Shown: piece by piece, positions 1 to 11,770 of the stretch
Layout of the letters: each line of letters begins with the position of its first letter
Position numbering within the stretch: the stretch's first letter is position 1
Assembly (NCBI GenBank): GCA_026770705.1
Contig: JANJGN010000119.1
Span: 868,001 to 932,000 of the forward strand
Direction of reading: 5' to 3'
From: Isurus oxyrinchus
Lineage: Eukaryota
Length of the DNA stretch: 64,000 nucleotides
Notes under the pieces: generated by a model
Database searches by the model: none
The model's input: the letters and a program-made list of their open reading frames with translations, nothing else
Told to the model about the DNA's origin: nothing
Program-made: the position numbers and the translations under genes

Positions 1-119
1 TATTAGACTAAGTATTGTGTAATATGACAGCGTTAATTCGTGACCGCCGTGTAAAGGCACCTTGGGTAATACAGAATATATTATGATTTTAATGTTACAT
101 CTAGATTGAAAGGGAGAAG

Positions 120-2310
120 ATAAGTATGCAAAACTTAGGGGGAAAAGTTCCACTATATGGGGAAGAATACTGAGCTGACTGAAATGAACTGTGATATTAA
201 GCTAGAGGATATATAACCAGATACACAATGGAAGGCATTGAAGAGAATATTTCAGAATACTCACAATAGGTATATGACTAATATTGGTAAAAATTCTGAA
301 ATGAATCCCGACCTTCCATGGTTAACAGAAAAAAAAATTAGGGAACACTTCACACATAAGGAAAACGCTTATTACTGCGCCAATGTGTGTGTCATGACAG
401 ATGATTGGTCAGAATATAATGAATGGCAGAGAATGACTATAAGGCGAATCAAGGGATAGAATTCAGAGCCTGAGAGGAAGCCAGCAAAAAATATAAGAAA
501 TTATATTAGTTTCTACAGTTATTTAGAAAAGAGGAGAGTAGGCTTATTGAGTGTTCGTCCTACAGTGATTGACAATGGGGAGTTGATAGTATAATGAAAA
601 ACATGGTGGATGAAATAAACAAATAGTTTGCTTCCGTTTTGAGGATATATAAAAAGTACATTCCTGTACTAGCTGTAAGTCAGCAGGTGGAGAATGGCAG
701 AAACTTGGCGAAATTGTAATATCTAGTGCAGAACTGCTGAACAAACTCATGCAGCTGCGGTCTGAAAAGTGTCCCGGCTCAGATGGATTCACCCTTTGGT
801 CTTAGATACGATGGATAATGAGCGAGTAAATGATTTAGTTCTAATTTTCAATAATTTCCTGCATTCTGGAAAGGTTCCACCAGACAGGAAATGAGTAAAT
901 ATCACCCCTCTATTCAAGAAGGGAGGGAAGCAGAAAACTGGAAACAATAGGCTAGTTAGCTTGACGTCTGTTGTGGGGAAGGTGTTCGAGTCAATTATTT
1001 AAGCTGTTATAGCTAAATACTTAGAAAAGCTCAAGGTAATTGTGTAGGATCTGCATTGTTTTTTGAAAGGGAATCCATGTTTAACTAAATAATTAGAGCT
1101 CTTTGAATGATTAAATTGTGCAATTGAAAGGGTTGAGCCTGTAAGTGTGCTGTATTTGTGTTTCCAGTTTGCATTTAATATGGTGCCAAAACAAAGTTTA
1201 TGCATAAAATTTAAGTTCATTATGTCGGAGGTAACATATTAGCCTGGTTGGAAGATTGGCTTGCTGGCACAAACCAGAGCGTATGCATAAACGGGCATTT
1301 TTCAGACTGGCAAGAATCTGTGCTAAGCCCTGAATCTTTTTCATTTCAATTTACATCAATTACTTAGATAAGTGAAAAAAGTCTCTGGTAGCTAAATTTG
1401 CAGACGGCAGAAAGATAGGCGGGGAAGATTGCTCGGCAGAAGATGTTAGGAGTTTGCACACGGATATGGCTATTTTATCTCAGTGGGCAAACACCTGACA
1501 GCTGGATTATGATGTGGGAAAACGGGAAGTTGTTCACTTTAGCAGGAAGAAGACACATTCTTAGTGTTATGTAAACAGAGAATAACTGCGGCATGATAAG
1601 GTGTACAGGTATCTATGTGTCCTCGTACAGGAGTCACAAAAAATTAGGCTGCAGGTTTAGCATGCAATTAAGAAGGCTACTGGAATGATATACGATATTG
1701 CGACATGAATTCAACATTAAAGTAAGGATACCATGGTCAGTTAAACAGGCCATTGGCGAGAAGGCATGTCGGAAACTGTTTGCAGTTTTGGTCTCCTTAT
1801 TGACGGAAGGATGTAAATTCGCTGGAAGCAGTTCAGAGGAAGTGTACTGGATTGTTATCTGGAATGAGCAGGCAGTCGTAAGATAATTGGTTGGGGCTTG
1901 CTTGGCTTGTTTCCAATGGAATTTCAAAGAGTGAGTGGTGACTTTATGAAGATAAAATCCTGAATGGATTTGACAAGGTCGATGCGGAAAGGATGTTTCC
2001 TCTTGTTAGTGGGTCCATGACAAGGGAGTACACTGTTAAAATTAGGGTTCACCCTTATAGCAAAGAGAAGAAGAGTTTTTTTTTTCTCTCTCTGAGAGCT
2101 ATGTGACTTTGGAACTCTGCCTCAGAAGGTGGGCAATGATTAATTTTAAGGCAGAGGTGGAGATTCTTGTTAGCAAAAAGAATCAAAGCTTGTAGGGGAT
2201 AGATGGGAATGAGGAACTCAGAACGCAGTTAGATTCACCATGGTCATATTGACTGGCAGAGAAGGCTTGAGAGACCGAATGACCTACTCCTGTTCCTAAC
2301 CCATATGGAT
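120..2310 (+). mobile_element. Degenerate CR1-type LINE, ORF2 (RT region) through 3' tail
   Basis: Broken-frame CR1 ORF2 motifs in order: KCPGSDGF (~766-790), GNPCLTK*LELFE (~1070-1110), KFAD (~1394). The CR1 3' end GACCGAATGACCTACTCCTGTTCCT lies at ~2273-2297. Many stops and frameshifts. Confidence 0.88.
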
Positions 2311-2703
2311 GGTTGTTCACATGCTGTCGGTTGAATAAGTTAACAGATTCAAACAAATTGACATTTTGGTTTCTTATTGAACTGCGGCAACAGAGAGAGA
2401 TGTTAACTGGTTAATAGGCCAGTTTTATGCTATTCAGCTAAATAGAATAATGACAAACTTACTCTTCACAGACTAAGTTCAGATACTGCCTGCTGCTGAT
2501 TTTTCCCCTGCCATCAATGGGGAGTGTCTTGGCTAGGTTCGCTCATTTTGTTGGTGCAACTATATGCACAATGCATATTGCATTGTTGTTATTCATTATT
2601 CTACTTTTTGCAACTGCTTATGGTTTGGTGAGGAAGTTTTTAAAGGAAAATCAGTTTTTATACTTCATTCTACAATTAACTTTGTCGGTAGCTCAATGAT
2701 TTA

Positions 2704-3992
2704 ATAGGACCATAAGACATAGGAGCAGAAATTAGGCCATTCCTCTCATGGAGTCTGCTCTGCCATTCAATCATGGCTGATAAGTTTCTCAACCCAATCT
2801 CCCAACATCTCCCAGTAACCTTTGATCCCCTTTCCAATCAAGAACGTATCTATCACGGCCTCAAATACACTCAATAACCTGGCCTCCACAGCCTCCTACG
2901 GCAAGGAATTCCAGAGATTCACCACTCTCTGGCTAAAAGAACTTTCTACTCATCTCTGTTCTAAAAGATCTTCCCTTTACTCTGAGGCTGTGCCCTCGGG
3001 TCCTAGTCTCTCCTGCTAATGGAAATAACTGCCACACGTCCACTCTGCAGGCCTTTCAGAATTCTATATGTTTCAATCAGATCCCCTCTCATCCTTCTAA
3101 GCTCCATCGAGTATAGACCCAGAGTCCTCAAACGTTCCTCATATGTTAAACCTTTCATTCCTGGCATCATTCTCATGAACCTCCTCTGGACCCTCTCCAG
3201 GACCAGCATATCCATCCTGAGATACAGGGCTCATCATTGCTCACAATATTCTAAATGTGGTATTACCTGAGCCTTATAAAGCCTCAGCAGCACATCCCTG
3301 CTTTAGATACTAGACCGCTCGAAATAAATGCCAACTTTGCATTTTCCTTCCTAACTACTGACTCAACCTGCAAGTTAACCTTAAGAGAATCCTGGACTAG
3401 GACTCCAAAGTCCCTTGGCACTCCAGATTCCTGAATTCTCTCCCCATTTAGATAATAATCTATGTCTCTATTCTTCCTACCAAACTGCATGGCCTATCAT
3501 TTCCCGACGTTGTCTTCCATCTGCCACTTCTTTGGCCATTCTCATAACCTGTCTAAACCCTTCTGCAGCTTCCCCACCTCCTCAGTACTACCTGTCCCTC
3601 CACCACAAATCTTTGTATCATCTGTAAATTTAGCCAGAATGCCCTCGGTTCCTTCATCTCAATCATTAATGTATAAATTGAAAAGTTGTGGTCCCAATAC
3701 TGACCCTGACGGAACTCCACTAATCACCAGCCGCCATCCTAAGAATGAACCCCCTTATCCCCACCCTCTGCCTCCTGCCAGACAGCCAATCTTCTATCCA
3801 TGCTAGTACCTTACCTCTAACACGATGGGCTCTTATCTTACTGAGCAGCCTCCTGTTTCGCACCTTGTCAAAGGCCTTCTGGAAATCCAAGTAGATAACA
3901 TCCATTGGCTCTCCTTTGTCTAACCTACTCGTTTCCTGCTCAAAGAATTCTAGCAGATTTGTCAGGCAAGGCCTCCCCTTGATAAAACCATG
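2704..3992 (-). mobile_element. 5'-truncated CR1 LINE (RT domain + 3' tail), better preserved copy
   Basis: ORF-track peptides DVIYLDFQKAFDKV...LAWIEDWLSGRRQRV (3720-3905) and LERVQRRFMRMMPGMKGLTYEERLRTLGLYS...RGDLIETYRILKG (3003-3215). KFTDDTK on the - strand at ~3610-3630. Tail CATAAGACATAGGAGCAGAAATTAGGCCATTC at 2711-2742. Confidence 0.95.
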
Positions 3993-5119
3993 TCCTCCAG
4001 TGAGAGATGAGAGATGAAAAAAGCCAGAAAAAAATCCTTTCTTATTTTCATGATGTACAGCTAATTCCAGGGGCTCTGAATAATATAGCTAACAATATAA
4101 AATGGGTAAATAGTGCACTGTTTATTGAGCGCACTGATTCGATACCCATACAGTAGTGGAATAACTGCTGACTGCGATTATTCATTAAGTTACGTCATTA
4201 ACCCCTGGAAAATACAGAACATGAAGGTGTCACTGATACCAACTGGATTTTGCTTGTTTTTATGCTCTACAGGATAATCTCTCCAAAGTCAATCTCTGCA
4301 TTCTGTGCATTTTTCAGTCATCAACATATCAAATTCTGCTCTCTCAAGTACCTATCCACATGCTGCGAACAATCATTTCCTATGCTCTGCTCCATGTTCT
4401 AGTTCATTCCACCATCTGAACACCCCCACACTCCAGTGTGAGATTCCTTTTTACGAGGACTATCTGTAATTGTATAATTTCACTGAGTGCGTCACTATCC
4501 GGAGTGGAACACCTGACAGCAGTGTACATGTATTACTCGGATGAGCTTTCAGTGTAAAATTCTATTGACTATGTATCACTAACCAGGGTGGTACAAAATG
4601 GAAACTATTGCTTCCAGTCAGTAGTGTACCAACTCCCTGGAGCTGCTGGCATGTTTTCCAGTTGAGTTGATGATTGCTGCTGTGGGAGGTTCTTAGGTAA
4701 TACGATAATAACTTGAAGTACATTGATGTTGCTCTGTTTCCTATTTAGCACTTCCACTGACGAGTATACAACAGGATGATACTGTCACTACATTCAAATT
4801 ATTGAACTCTCCTTCTGCTTGTTGCAGTAAATCCTTTGGCGCTCAAATGCAGCTACGCTGGAGTCCTTGATTCCCTTTATTAAAATATGCACATTAGCTA
4901 ACATTTTTACGGACACCACAAACGTTGATTGAGCGATAAGAGAAACAGCCATCCTATAGGAATTTAAGAAATAACCTGCAAACATCAACAGGCATTAAAT
5001 GTCACAGCTGGGTAACGAGTTGTATTGAAATAGAGAAATTAAACTTGCATACATTGCAGTTTCAACAAGTGGGCCATAATCATGCTTATTTAAAAGAAAC
5101 TAATACTCTACAATAATAA

Positions 5120-5240
5120 TAAAAAATACGGCGGATCTGAAATAAGAACAGAAAGAGCTCTAAGAACTCAATAGGCTTGCCAACATCTGTGGAGGGAGAA
5201 CCCGAGCTAAGGTTTCGAATCCAACATGACTATCCATCCA
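5120..5240 (-). mobile_element. Old Penelope-like element terminal (pLTR/tail) fragment
   Basis: GATCTGAAATAAGAACAGAAAG...ACTCAATAGGCTTGCCAACATCTGTGGAGGGAGAA resembles the element ends at 28570-28700 and 30700-30810. Confidence 0.6.
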
Positions 5241-5479
5241 AACATTGAGCCTGTTCCCCCATGTAATATATACGATGCCCAAATTACCAATTACTTGTAA
5301 CTCTGTAACGAGAGTGACATGATAGCATGGAAAATTTAAGTATTAAATAATTAAAATAGATGTAATCAACAAAGTTGTCATTTGCATTGAACTTCCAGGG
5401 GCCATATTAAAGGAGTACAGAGGTAGAGATGGGTAAACAGCAATTTCCAGAGTCAAGTGTCCAGGCAGCTGAATTAAAG

Positions 5480-5820
5480 GCATTTGCACCAGCGATCAAG
5501 AGGGTGCCATATACAAGATGCATTGTAGCCACTTGCCATGCCTCCTTCAACAGCGCCTCCCAAACATAGATTCTCTGTCACCTAGTTAAGCAAGGACTGT
5601 AGGTGCACATGAAAACGACCAAGTGCATGTTCATCTCTAAGCAACATACCATCCTGATTTGGAATCACATTCTAACAGCACTGCTGGATAGCCTACACCA
5701 CAGAGCATCAGGAAAATTACTCGTCACCACCTTCCCAAGGAAGATGCTGGTGAGCCATTAGCAATAGTAAGCAAACGCTTGCCGAGTCAGAAACATCCAC
5801 ATCCAGCAAAATAATAAATT
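5480..5820 (+). mobile_element. 3' end of an L2/CR1-group LINE (family sharing its tail with the SINEs)
   Basis: CTAACAGCACTGCTGGATAGCCTACACCAC...TCACCACCTTCCCAAGG matches the reverse complement of 8880-8965, and the tail resembles the SINE tails. Confidence 0.6.
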
Positions 5821-7449
5821 CAAATGTAGCAGGACAAATATATTCGAGGGTGAAGGGCTGATGGATGTTACCTAGATAATGATGGGCGATGCTTTGGGGG
5901 GATTAAATCATTAACATTCTGCTATTTCTCAACTGAAGCCAATTGATTTTAGCAAACATTGTGCATGGTGGAGCAGTGCGAACTGTGATTTTGGATAAGG
6001 GCAGCAGTATTTTAAATGAAGTCAGATTGTTTAATATGGTAAGGAGGTTACTGGAGAGATTTTTGGAATGAAATGTACTGTAATGCAAATGTTATATGAC
6101 AGAAATGCAGTCGATCATGTAAAATTAAAGTGAATTGTTGATATTTATGTGATAGGCAATTGACAGTGGTTTTAGATTATATTTAATGTCATACAGACAT
6201 TTAAGGTCTTTTGTTCAATTTATTATGACGCATACATGAAATATGACAAAGGGATTTGTACCTCCCAGACATCTGCTTTGGAACAATATCAATGAAGCAC
6301 TTGCTGTGCCTGCTTTCTAAAGCATAGTTATCCATCGAATTCCACCTCTGGCGTCGTTCCATTTATTCCACGAACTGGTAGGGTGTAGACGTTAGTTTGT
6401 TTGTGGCAGTGAGTAAGCCTCATGATAATCCCTTCATCCCGGCAGCCTGTGAAACCTACTCCTCGTCCGGGACCTTCAACCACGGAGAACATCGCTAAAA
6501 CCATGGTGAGATTGAGGCCCTGTCGTTTGGAAGTAATAGGAGGGTTGCATATGTATCTTAGGTGAGTGTGGAAAATTGGAGCTTTATGAGTGTATTCAGA
6601 GGAAACGGTCATTGCAAGAGTGAGATGACTTGTAACTTCTTAACAGAGCCAATATCTGCATACCGATGTTGCTCGTGTCTGACTTGTGACTTCTCGCATT
6701 TTCAGCATTAGGCGTATGGTGTTAACTGAAAAGAAAAACACCTAACTGTTGCAATTAGAAACGATGGAAGATACAGGTTGTAAATAATGCTGTCAATAGG
6801 AATGTTTCTGCCTCTTGAAATGGCAGTGGGAAAACGATCTTAACGCCTAATACCTCTTGCAAAATAATGCATTGCCATCCTATTTATATAATTATTCTGT
6901 ATTAAGATTTTATGCTTGGCAGTTTAATTGCTACAATGCGCCCATTTTACTTTCGTTTATTTTTTATTTTTGTTATTTCAGAAATAGTGAATCCATGTTT
7001 ATTTCCCTGTTTGTTTACAGTGCTAACATTTGTTTACTTTACGGCTCATCAATGGTGTGAAATTTGCTGAAGACTATGACAGATCATCTGCTCAAAGCGA
7101 TGTATGTAATGTTTTATATACATTGTAAACTACTGGAATCATGTTTCGTGTATCAATTTTCACTTATCCCCTAAATCAAAAGTGAAGCTGTTGCTAATAA
7201 CGGGTTAGCATTAAACTATTTAACGCATAGTTTTGGATTGCTTTACCTTGATTTCAAGAGTTCTCTTACATAGAATTCACAAGACGGGGAGACAAACTTT
7301 AGTGGAAACGCAGCCTCTTTTCCACTTTCCTCATTTAACCTTGTCAGCATAAACCTCTATTTACTCTTCGCTGTTACGTTTATCAATTATTTCCTTTGAA
7401 TTAATCTATGCGGCTCACTTCAACTACATTGTTGAACGGGCGTTTCCAG

Positions 7450-7697
7450 GTCAACCACATTGGTGTGGGTCACATGTCGGATGGGCCAGGTAGCAGCAGC
7501 TCATCTCTTTCCCATCAAGGCATTAGTGAACAGGATGGCTTTTGACAACAATCAGCAATGGTTCCATGGTCAGCATTTGAATTTTAGTTCCAATTTTTAA
7601 TCTGCCAAGGTGGGATTCGATCACAGGTCCCCAGAACATGAACGTGTGTTTCTGGAATACCAGTTAAGTGACCAACCACTGCATCATCGCCTCCCCT
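7450..7697 (-). mobile_element. tRNA-derived SINE (DeuSINE/SacSINE1-like), partial
   Basis: The - strand reads GGGGAGGCGATGATGCAGTGGTTGG...CTGGGGACCTGTGATCGAATCCCACC (A/B-box-like head). It continues into CCATCCTGTTCACTAATGCCTTGATGGGAAAGAG, homologous to copies at 22815-23140, 49620-49750 and 56560-56900. Confidence 0.75.
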
Positions 7698-7852
7698 TAG
7701 TTGTCATTTGCTTGGCTTTTAAAGCACAGGCATGAAATTTGATATCTGGCAGTCTGCTTCACTAATCTGTTCTCCAACTAGTGATTAAAATGTTAAATAA
7801 TACACCTGTCATTTCAGCCCGAGGTTTATGCATTCACAAATATACTCATTTA

Positions 7853-7872
7853 ATATATATATATATACACAT

Positions 7873-7910
<38 letters not shown>

Positions 7911-7920
7911 ACAGACACAC
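7853..7920. repeat. (TA)n(CA)n compound microsatellite
   Basis: Directly visible dinucleotide runs. Confidence 0.95.
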
Positions 7921-8824
7921 ATTAGTTTTAGGGAGTGTATTACTTGCAGGCATTGCACTAATTTGAGGCCCAATATTATTTTTAGCTGCTGCGTTACATT
8001 GATAATCTGCCCAGAGAAAAATTATTCAATTTGAGGGGATTATTTATTTGAAGTTCTAAATTTTAATCGGGAATCACGGTTTACCTGAAAGCGTAGAGTA
8101 TTCAAAAGTGGATTATTCATGGTTGGCAGTTAACTATATCACTGGGAATTAGATTAGACCTAGCAATTATAAGCCCCAGATAAGCTGGAATATTTTATTC
8201 CAGAGTAATGATCTAATTCATTGGATCCAGTTCCTTCATAACGAAGGTGCGTCTTCATCTTTGGTTGTCTATTAGTCAAGAAAATTAGCGGAAGCTGCCT
8301 TGAGTCAGCTTGGCGAGCCCTCCTCACTTTGGGGCGAATACGTTACGACAATCAGCCATTCAATTATTTATCATTCTCTTACCAAGTTGCAGGATATATT
8401 CTTCGGCTTTATCGCGTCGCGTCTATAAGGTCATCAGCTGGCTCAGCCACTGAAGCACACTGCATTGCCCATTAACTTGATTTAGATATGAGAATCCTGA
8501 GATTAAACCTTATCAGGTTCAGGAATGCGTATACAAATGTATTTTCTTAGATTTATGCTATAAATAGAAAGTCATGTTAAATTACTAAAACACATTCTAT
8601 CTTCACAGCATTGCTGTACGTAAGCTCTTGCAAAATGAAGAGAAACTATAGCTACTTATAGGATGAGAGATCAATTGCTAAATTTCAAACAGTTTTATAG
8701 GGTGCTACATTAGGTTGAGGTTCTTTATGAACTAATGACTATGTATTCATTTGGCACTTATGCTGTATTTTAATTAAATATCATTTTAAATTCTGGAATA
8801 TTTTCAGTCGACATATTATTTTGA

Positions 8825-9655
8825 GATTCCTGAGTTGTGGGCTGCTCTGTCTGTGCCAGCATATATTGTCCATCCTGAGTTACACCTGGGAAAGTGTTGG
8901 TGAGATCCTTATTGAACGCAGCGGTCCATGTGGCGTTGGTACACCCACAGTGCTGTTAGGAAGGGTGTTCCAGGAATTTGACTCAGCGACAGTGAAGAAG
9001 AGGCCATCTATTTCCCAGTGAGGACGTTAAGTGACTTGAAGGGGAAATTCTAGGTGTTAGTTTTCCCATCTTTCTGCTGCCCCTGTCCTTCTACATGGCA
9101 GCGGTCTTTGGTTTCGAAGCTGTTGCTGAAGGACACTTGGTGAATTCCTGCAGTGCATCTTGTAGATGTACACATTTATGCTGCTTTGGAGCGGTGGTGA
9201 AGGAAGGGACTGCTTGTGGATGTGGTGCCAATCAAGTGGGTTGCTTTCTCTTAGGCAGAGTCAAGCTTCTTGAGTGTTGTGGAAGGTGAAGTCATCCAGA
9301 CAATGGGGAGTATTCCATCACACTCCTGACTTCTGTCTTGTATATGGTTGAGAGGCATTTGGGAGTCAGTAGATGAGCCTCTTGTCGCGCAAATGCCAGC
9401 TTCTAACCTACTCTTTTAACCACAGTATTTTTGTGGTGAGCACAGTTCGGTTTCTGACCAATTATAACCCTCAGGATGTTGACAGCCAGAGATTCAGTGG
9501 TTGAAATGCCATTGAACATCAAGGGGTGATGGTTGGTTTGTATCTTGCTGGAGATTGTCATTGCCTGACACTTGTGTGATGTGAATGTTACTTGTCTTTG
9601 TCAGCACAAGCCTGGTTAATGTCCAGTTGTTGCTGCATTTGGACATAGACAGCGT
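8825..9655 (-). mobile_element. L2/CR1-group LINE 3' portion (RT C-terminus + 3' UTR)
   Basis: The - strand carries degenerate LINE ORF2 C-terminal sequence (VRSVMEYSP at ~9305-9330; W-Q-TF-PHKCQAMTIS-like at ~9545-9600). Its 3' region is homologous to 5480-5820. Confidence 0.7.
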
Positions 9656-11174
9656 TTATAATTTTGAATGGCTAGATTAGTTTAAGGTGCGTTCTATGCT
9701 TGAGGGAAACATTGGTGGACAGTGTCATATTGAGGGATTGCATTGTTCCGAGGGGCTACATTATCTTGAGGGCTTATGTTAGTTTCAAATTCTTCCTTGG
9801 GTTATGCAGATGCATTTGTTTGAACGCTGTGTCAGCTGTTGTCTCTGTAGTACATTGAACGGCATAATTAATAACATTTGAAGTGTTAAGCCAAAGGCTG
9901 AAAGATTTATTGTTGGAGTCTTCGTTGTCTTTGTTTTTTTTTCTGGTTATGTATTAGTTTCAGCGAATTCTGTGCTTTTATAGAAATTATTTATTTGTGA
10001 TCCTGTATGATTTGAGGGTTTACATAATTTTGAAAATTTGCATTTACTTGAATCACCGTATGAGCTCCACGACCTGTATTAGGGGAAGTTTCTGAATTAC
10101 ACGGAGGCATTGCATTAGTCGTGAAGAGCTCAATTAGACTGTAGCATTCCTATAGATTGCAGCGACTGGCTTGGTTTGAGCAGCAGTATTTTTTTCAAGC
10201 ACTATATTAGCTTGAGTATCTGTGCCCAATTTAGGAACTGGATTTTAGGCTGACAGAACGCATTTCTTTGAGTATATATATGAGTTTGTCTAATTCTTTC
10301 ACTTTGTTTTAAATGGCTCTGTTGTTGTTCGGCTGCATTCGCCCGAGAGGCTGTATTCTTTTTTTCTGTAGTGAGGGACAAGATTAATTAAGGTTATTAG
10401 AATTGGAGGCTGCAGTAGCTTGAGAGAATGCTTTGCCTTGTGAACCTATAATTTCATCTGGGTCCTTTCCTCTATGATGCAACAGTTTGCGCTACTGTTT
10501 CAGAAAATGTAGTTTTTCTAGGATGTGTGTCAGCTTCTGGGGCTACGTTTGTGGAGACACTGTCGCTTTCAGCTGTTATATTCGTTTTGCTTTTTTTCAT
10601 CGTTTGAGGGCTCTAATGGCTTCAGCTACTTCATGCGCTTCATGTGCTATTCTCTTTTATAGTTCTGTATTAGTTCCTGTTGATATTTTAGATTAAGCTG
10701 CTATTTCAGATTTAAGTGGTCTATCCCTTAAGGGTGCTGTAATGATTTGGTGATCCAGTGATACAATTTCCCACTTCAGTATGTTTAAGTGAATGACCGC
10801 AATTCGAAAGCGAAGCTACATTATGAAGTAGTAAATAACAACACTGAGAATACCCTTAAAACAGTAGGAATTCAGTTAGTGGATGGCCACAACACTGTGA
10901 AGAAATGGAATTGTAAAAGTTATTAATTAGCACCTGATGATTTTCAAGGAATATGACCTTTTATGATTTATACAACTTCTAACATTGAATGGTTATTTAT
11001 TATAACCCCAAACATTCTCGTATTTGGGATTTTAAAATTAAATATCAGCGATAAATGCACTCTATCAGTACAGAAAATTTATTCAGCTGTTACCATTTCT
11101 CCATTCACAATTTAATAAAGAAACAAATTCTGACGGTATTGCAGTAGCATTCCCACCGTTGAGATTTCAAAGGG

Positions 11175-11181
11175 TATAAAT
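11175..11181 (+). promoter_or_regulatory. Candidate TATA box (TATAAAT) of the GPCR gene
   Basis: GGGTATAAATGAAAGG lies ~90 bp upstream of the exon 1 ATG (11266). Position only, no transcript evidence. Confidence 0.4.
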
Positions 11182-11265
11182 GAAAGGCGCTAGTAATTAT
11201 CACCTTACATTACCTTCGGCCGAACATGTCTGCAGCTCGATGAAGCCAATCAGTTAAGGCATTAA

Positions 11266-11332
11266 ATGCTGGAAACATTTCATGGTGTATATACAATATA
11301 CTTCACGATCATTGTTATCCTTGGTGCTCCTG
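11266..11332 (+). CDS. GPR139/GPR142-like GPCR, coding exon 1 (N-terminus + most of TM1)
   Basis: ATG 11266 gives MLETFHGVYTIYFTIIVILGAP plus one extra G. The phase-1 end joins exon 2 (G|TT = Val) to give GAPVNLVTILIL, the TM1 G-x-P-x-N pattern of this family. The donor reads GAAAGA instead of GTAAGA. Confidence 0.8.
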
Positions 11333-11543
11333 GAAAGAGACAAGCACCATTTAAATTGTTGAAACCTGCTTATAAATTGGTTTCTACATTTGGCGTGTGA
11401 CTATTACTTGTTTGTAAAGTGCATATCGTTATGCCGTGACATTACTCAGTCAGTATCCTGAAATATTTATGTTGTTTTATTTAATTGTCGATTTATAACA
11501 ATGATCTATTCTCAACTCGCAGATTAACTGATATATCAGCTAA

Positions 11544-11770
11544 AAACAGAGAACTGATGATGCTGCAAATCCAAAGCAAAAACAGAATCACCTGGAAAAA
11601 CTCAGCAGGTCGGGTAGCATCGGTGGAGAAGAAAAGAGTTGACGTTTCGAGTCCTCATGACCCTTCAGGTTCTGCTGAAGGGTCACGAGGACTCGAAATG
11701 TCAACTCTTTTCTTCTGCGCTGGTGCTGCCACACCTGCTGAGTTTTTCCACGTAATTCTGTTTTTGTTTT
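11544..11770. mobile_element. Fold-back (inverted pLTR) Penelope mini-insertion in the GPCR intron
   Basis: Inverted arms centred at ~11668, both homologous to the Penelope 3' end at 61396-61535. Flanked by TGATATAT(C/G)AGCTAA at 11529-11543 and 11770-11784 (TSD, 1 mismatch). Confidence 0.88.
11668..11706 (+). ncRNA. Minimal type I hammerhead ribozyme-like motif (variant core, slightly decayed)
   Basis: GGTT-CTGCTGA-A-GGGTC(ACGAG)GACTC-GAAATGTC-AACT: stems I and II pair, A6 is C, and stem III has a C>T change. Confidence 0.55.

Noticed and set aside
4794-4988. - strand ORF with VAAFERQRIYCNKQK, loosely like the GPCR DRF...CCQK segment
   Set aside because: No other collinear GPCR motif lies nearby, and the similarity is too weak.
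7600-7697. tRNA-like A/B boxes as a tRNA gene
   Set aside because: They are the head of a SINE, continue into the SINE body, and form no convincing cloverleaf.
10250-10760. Strand-biased segment that looks coding-like on the - strand
   Set aside because: Multiple stops and no recognisable motif, so it cannot be assigned.
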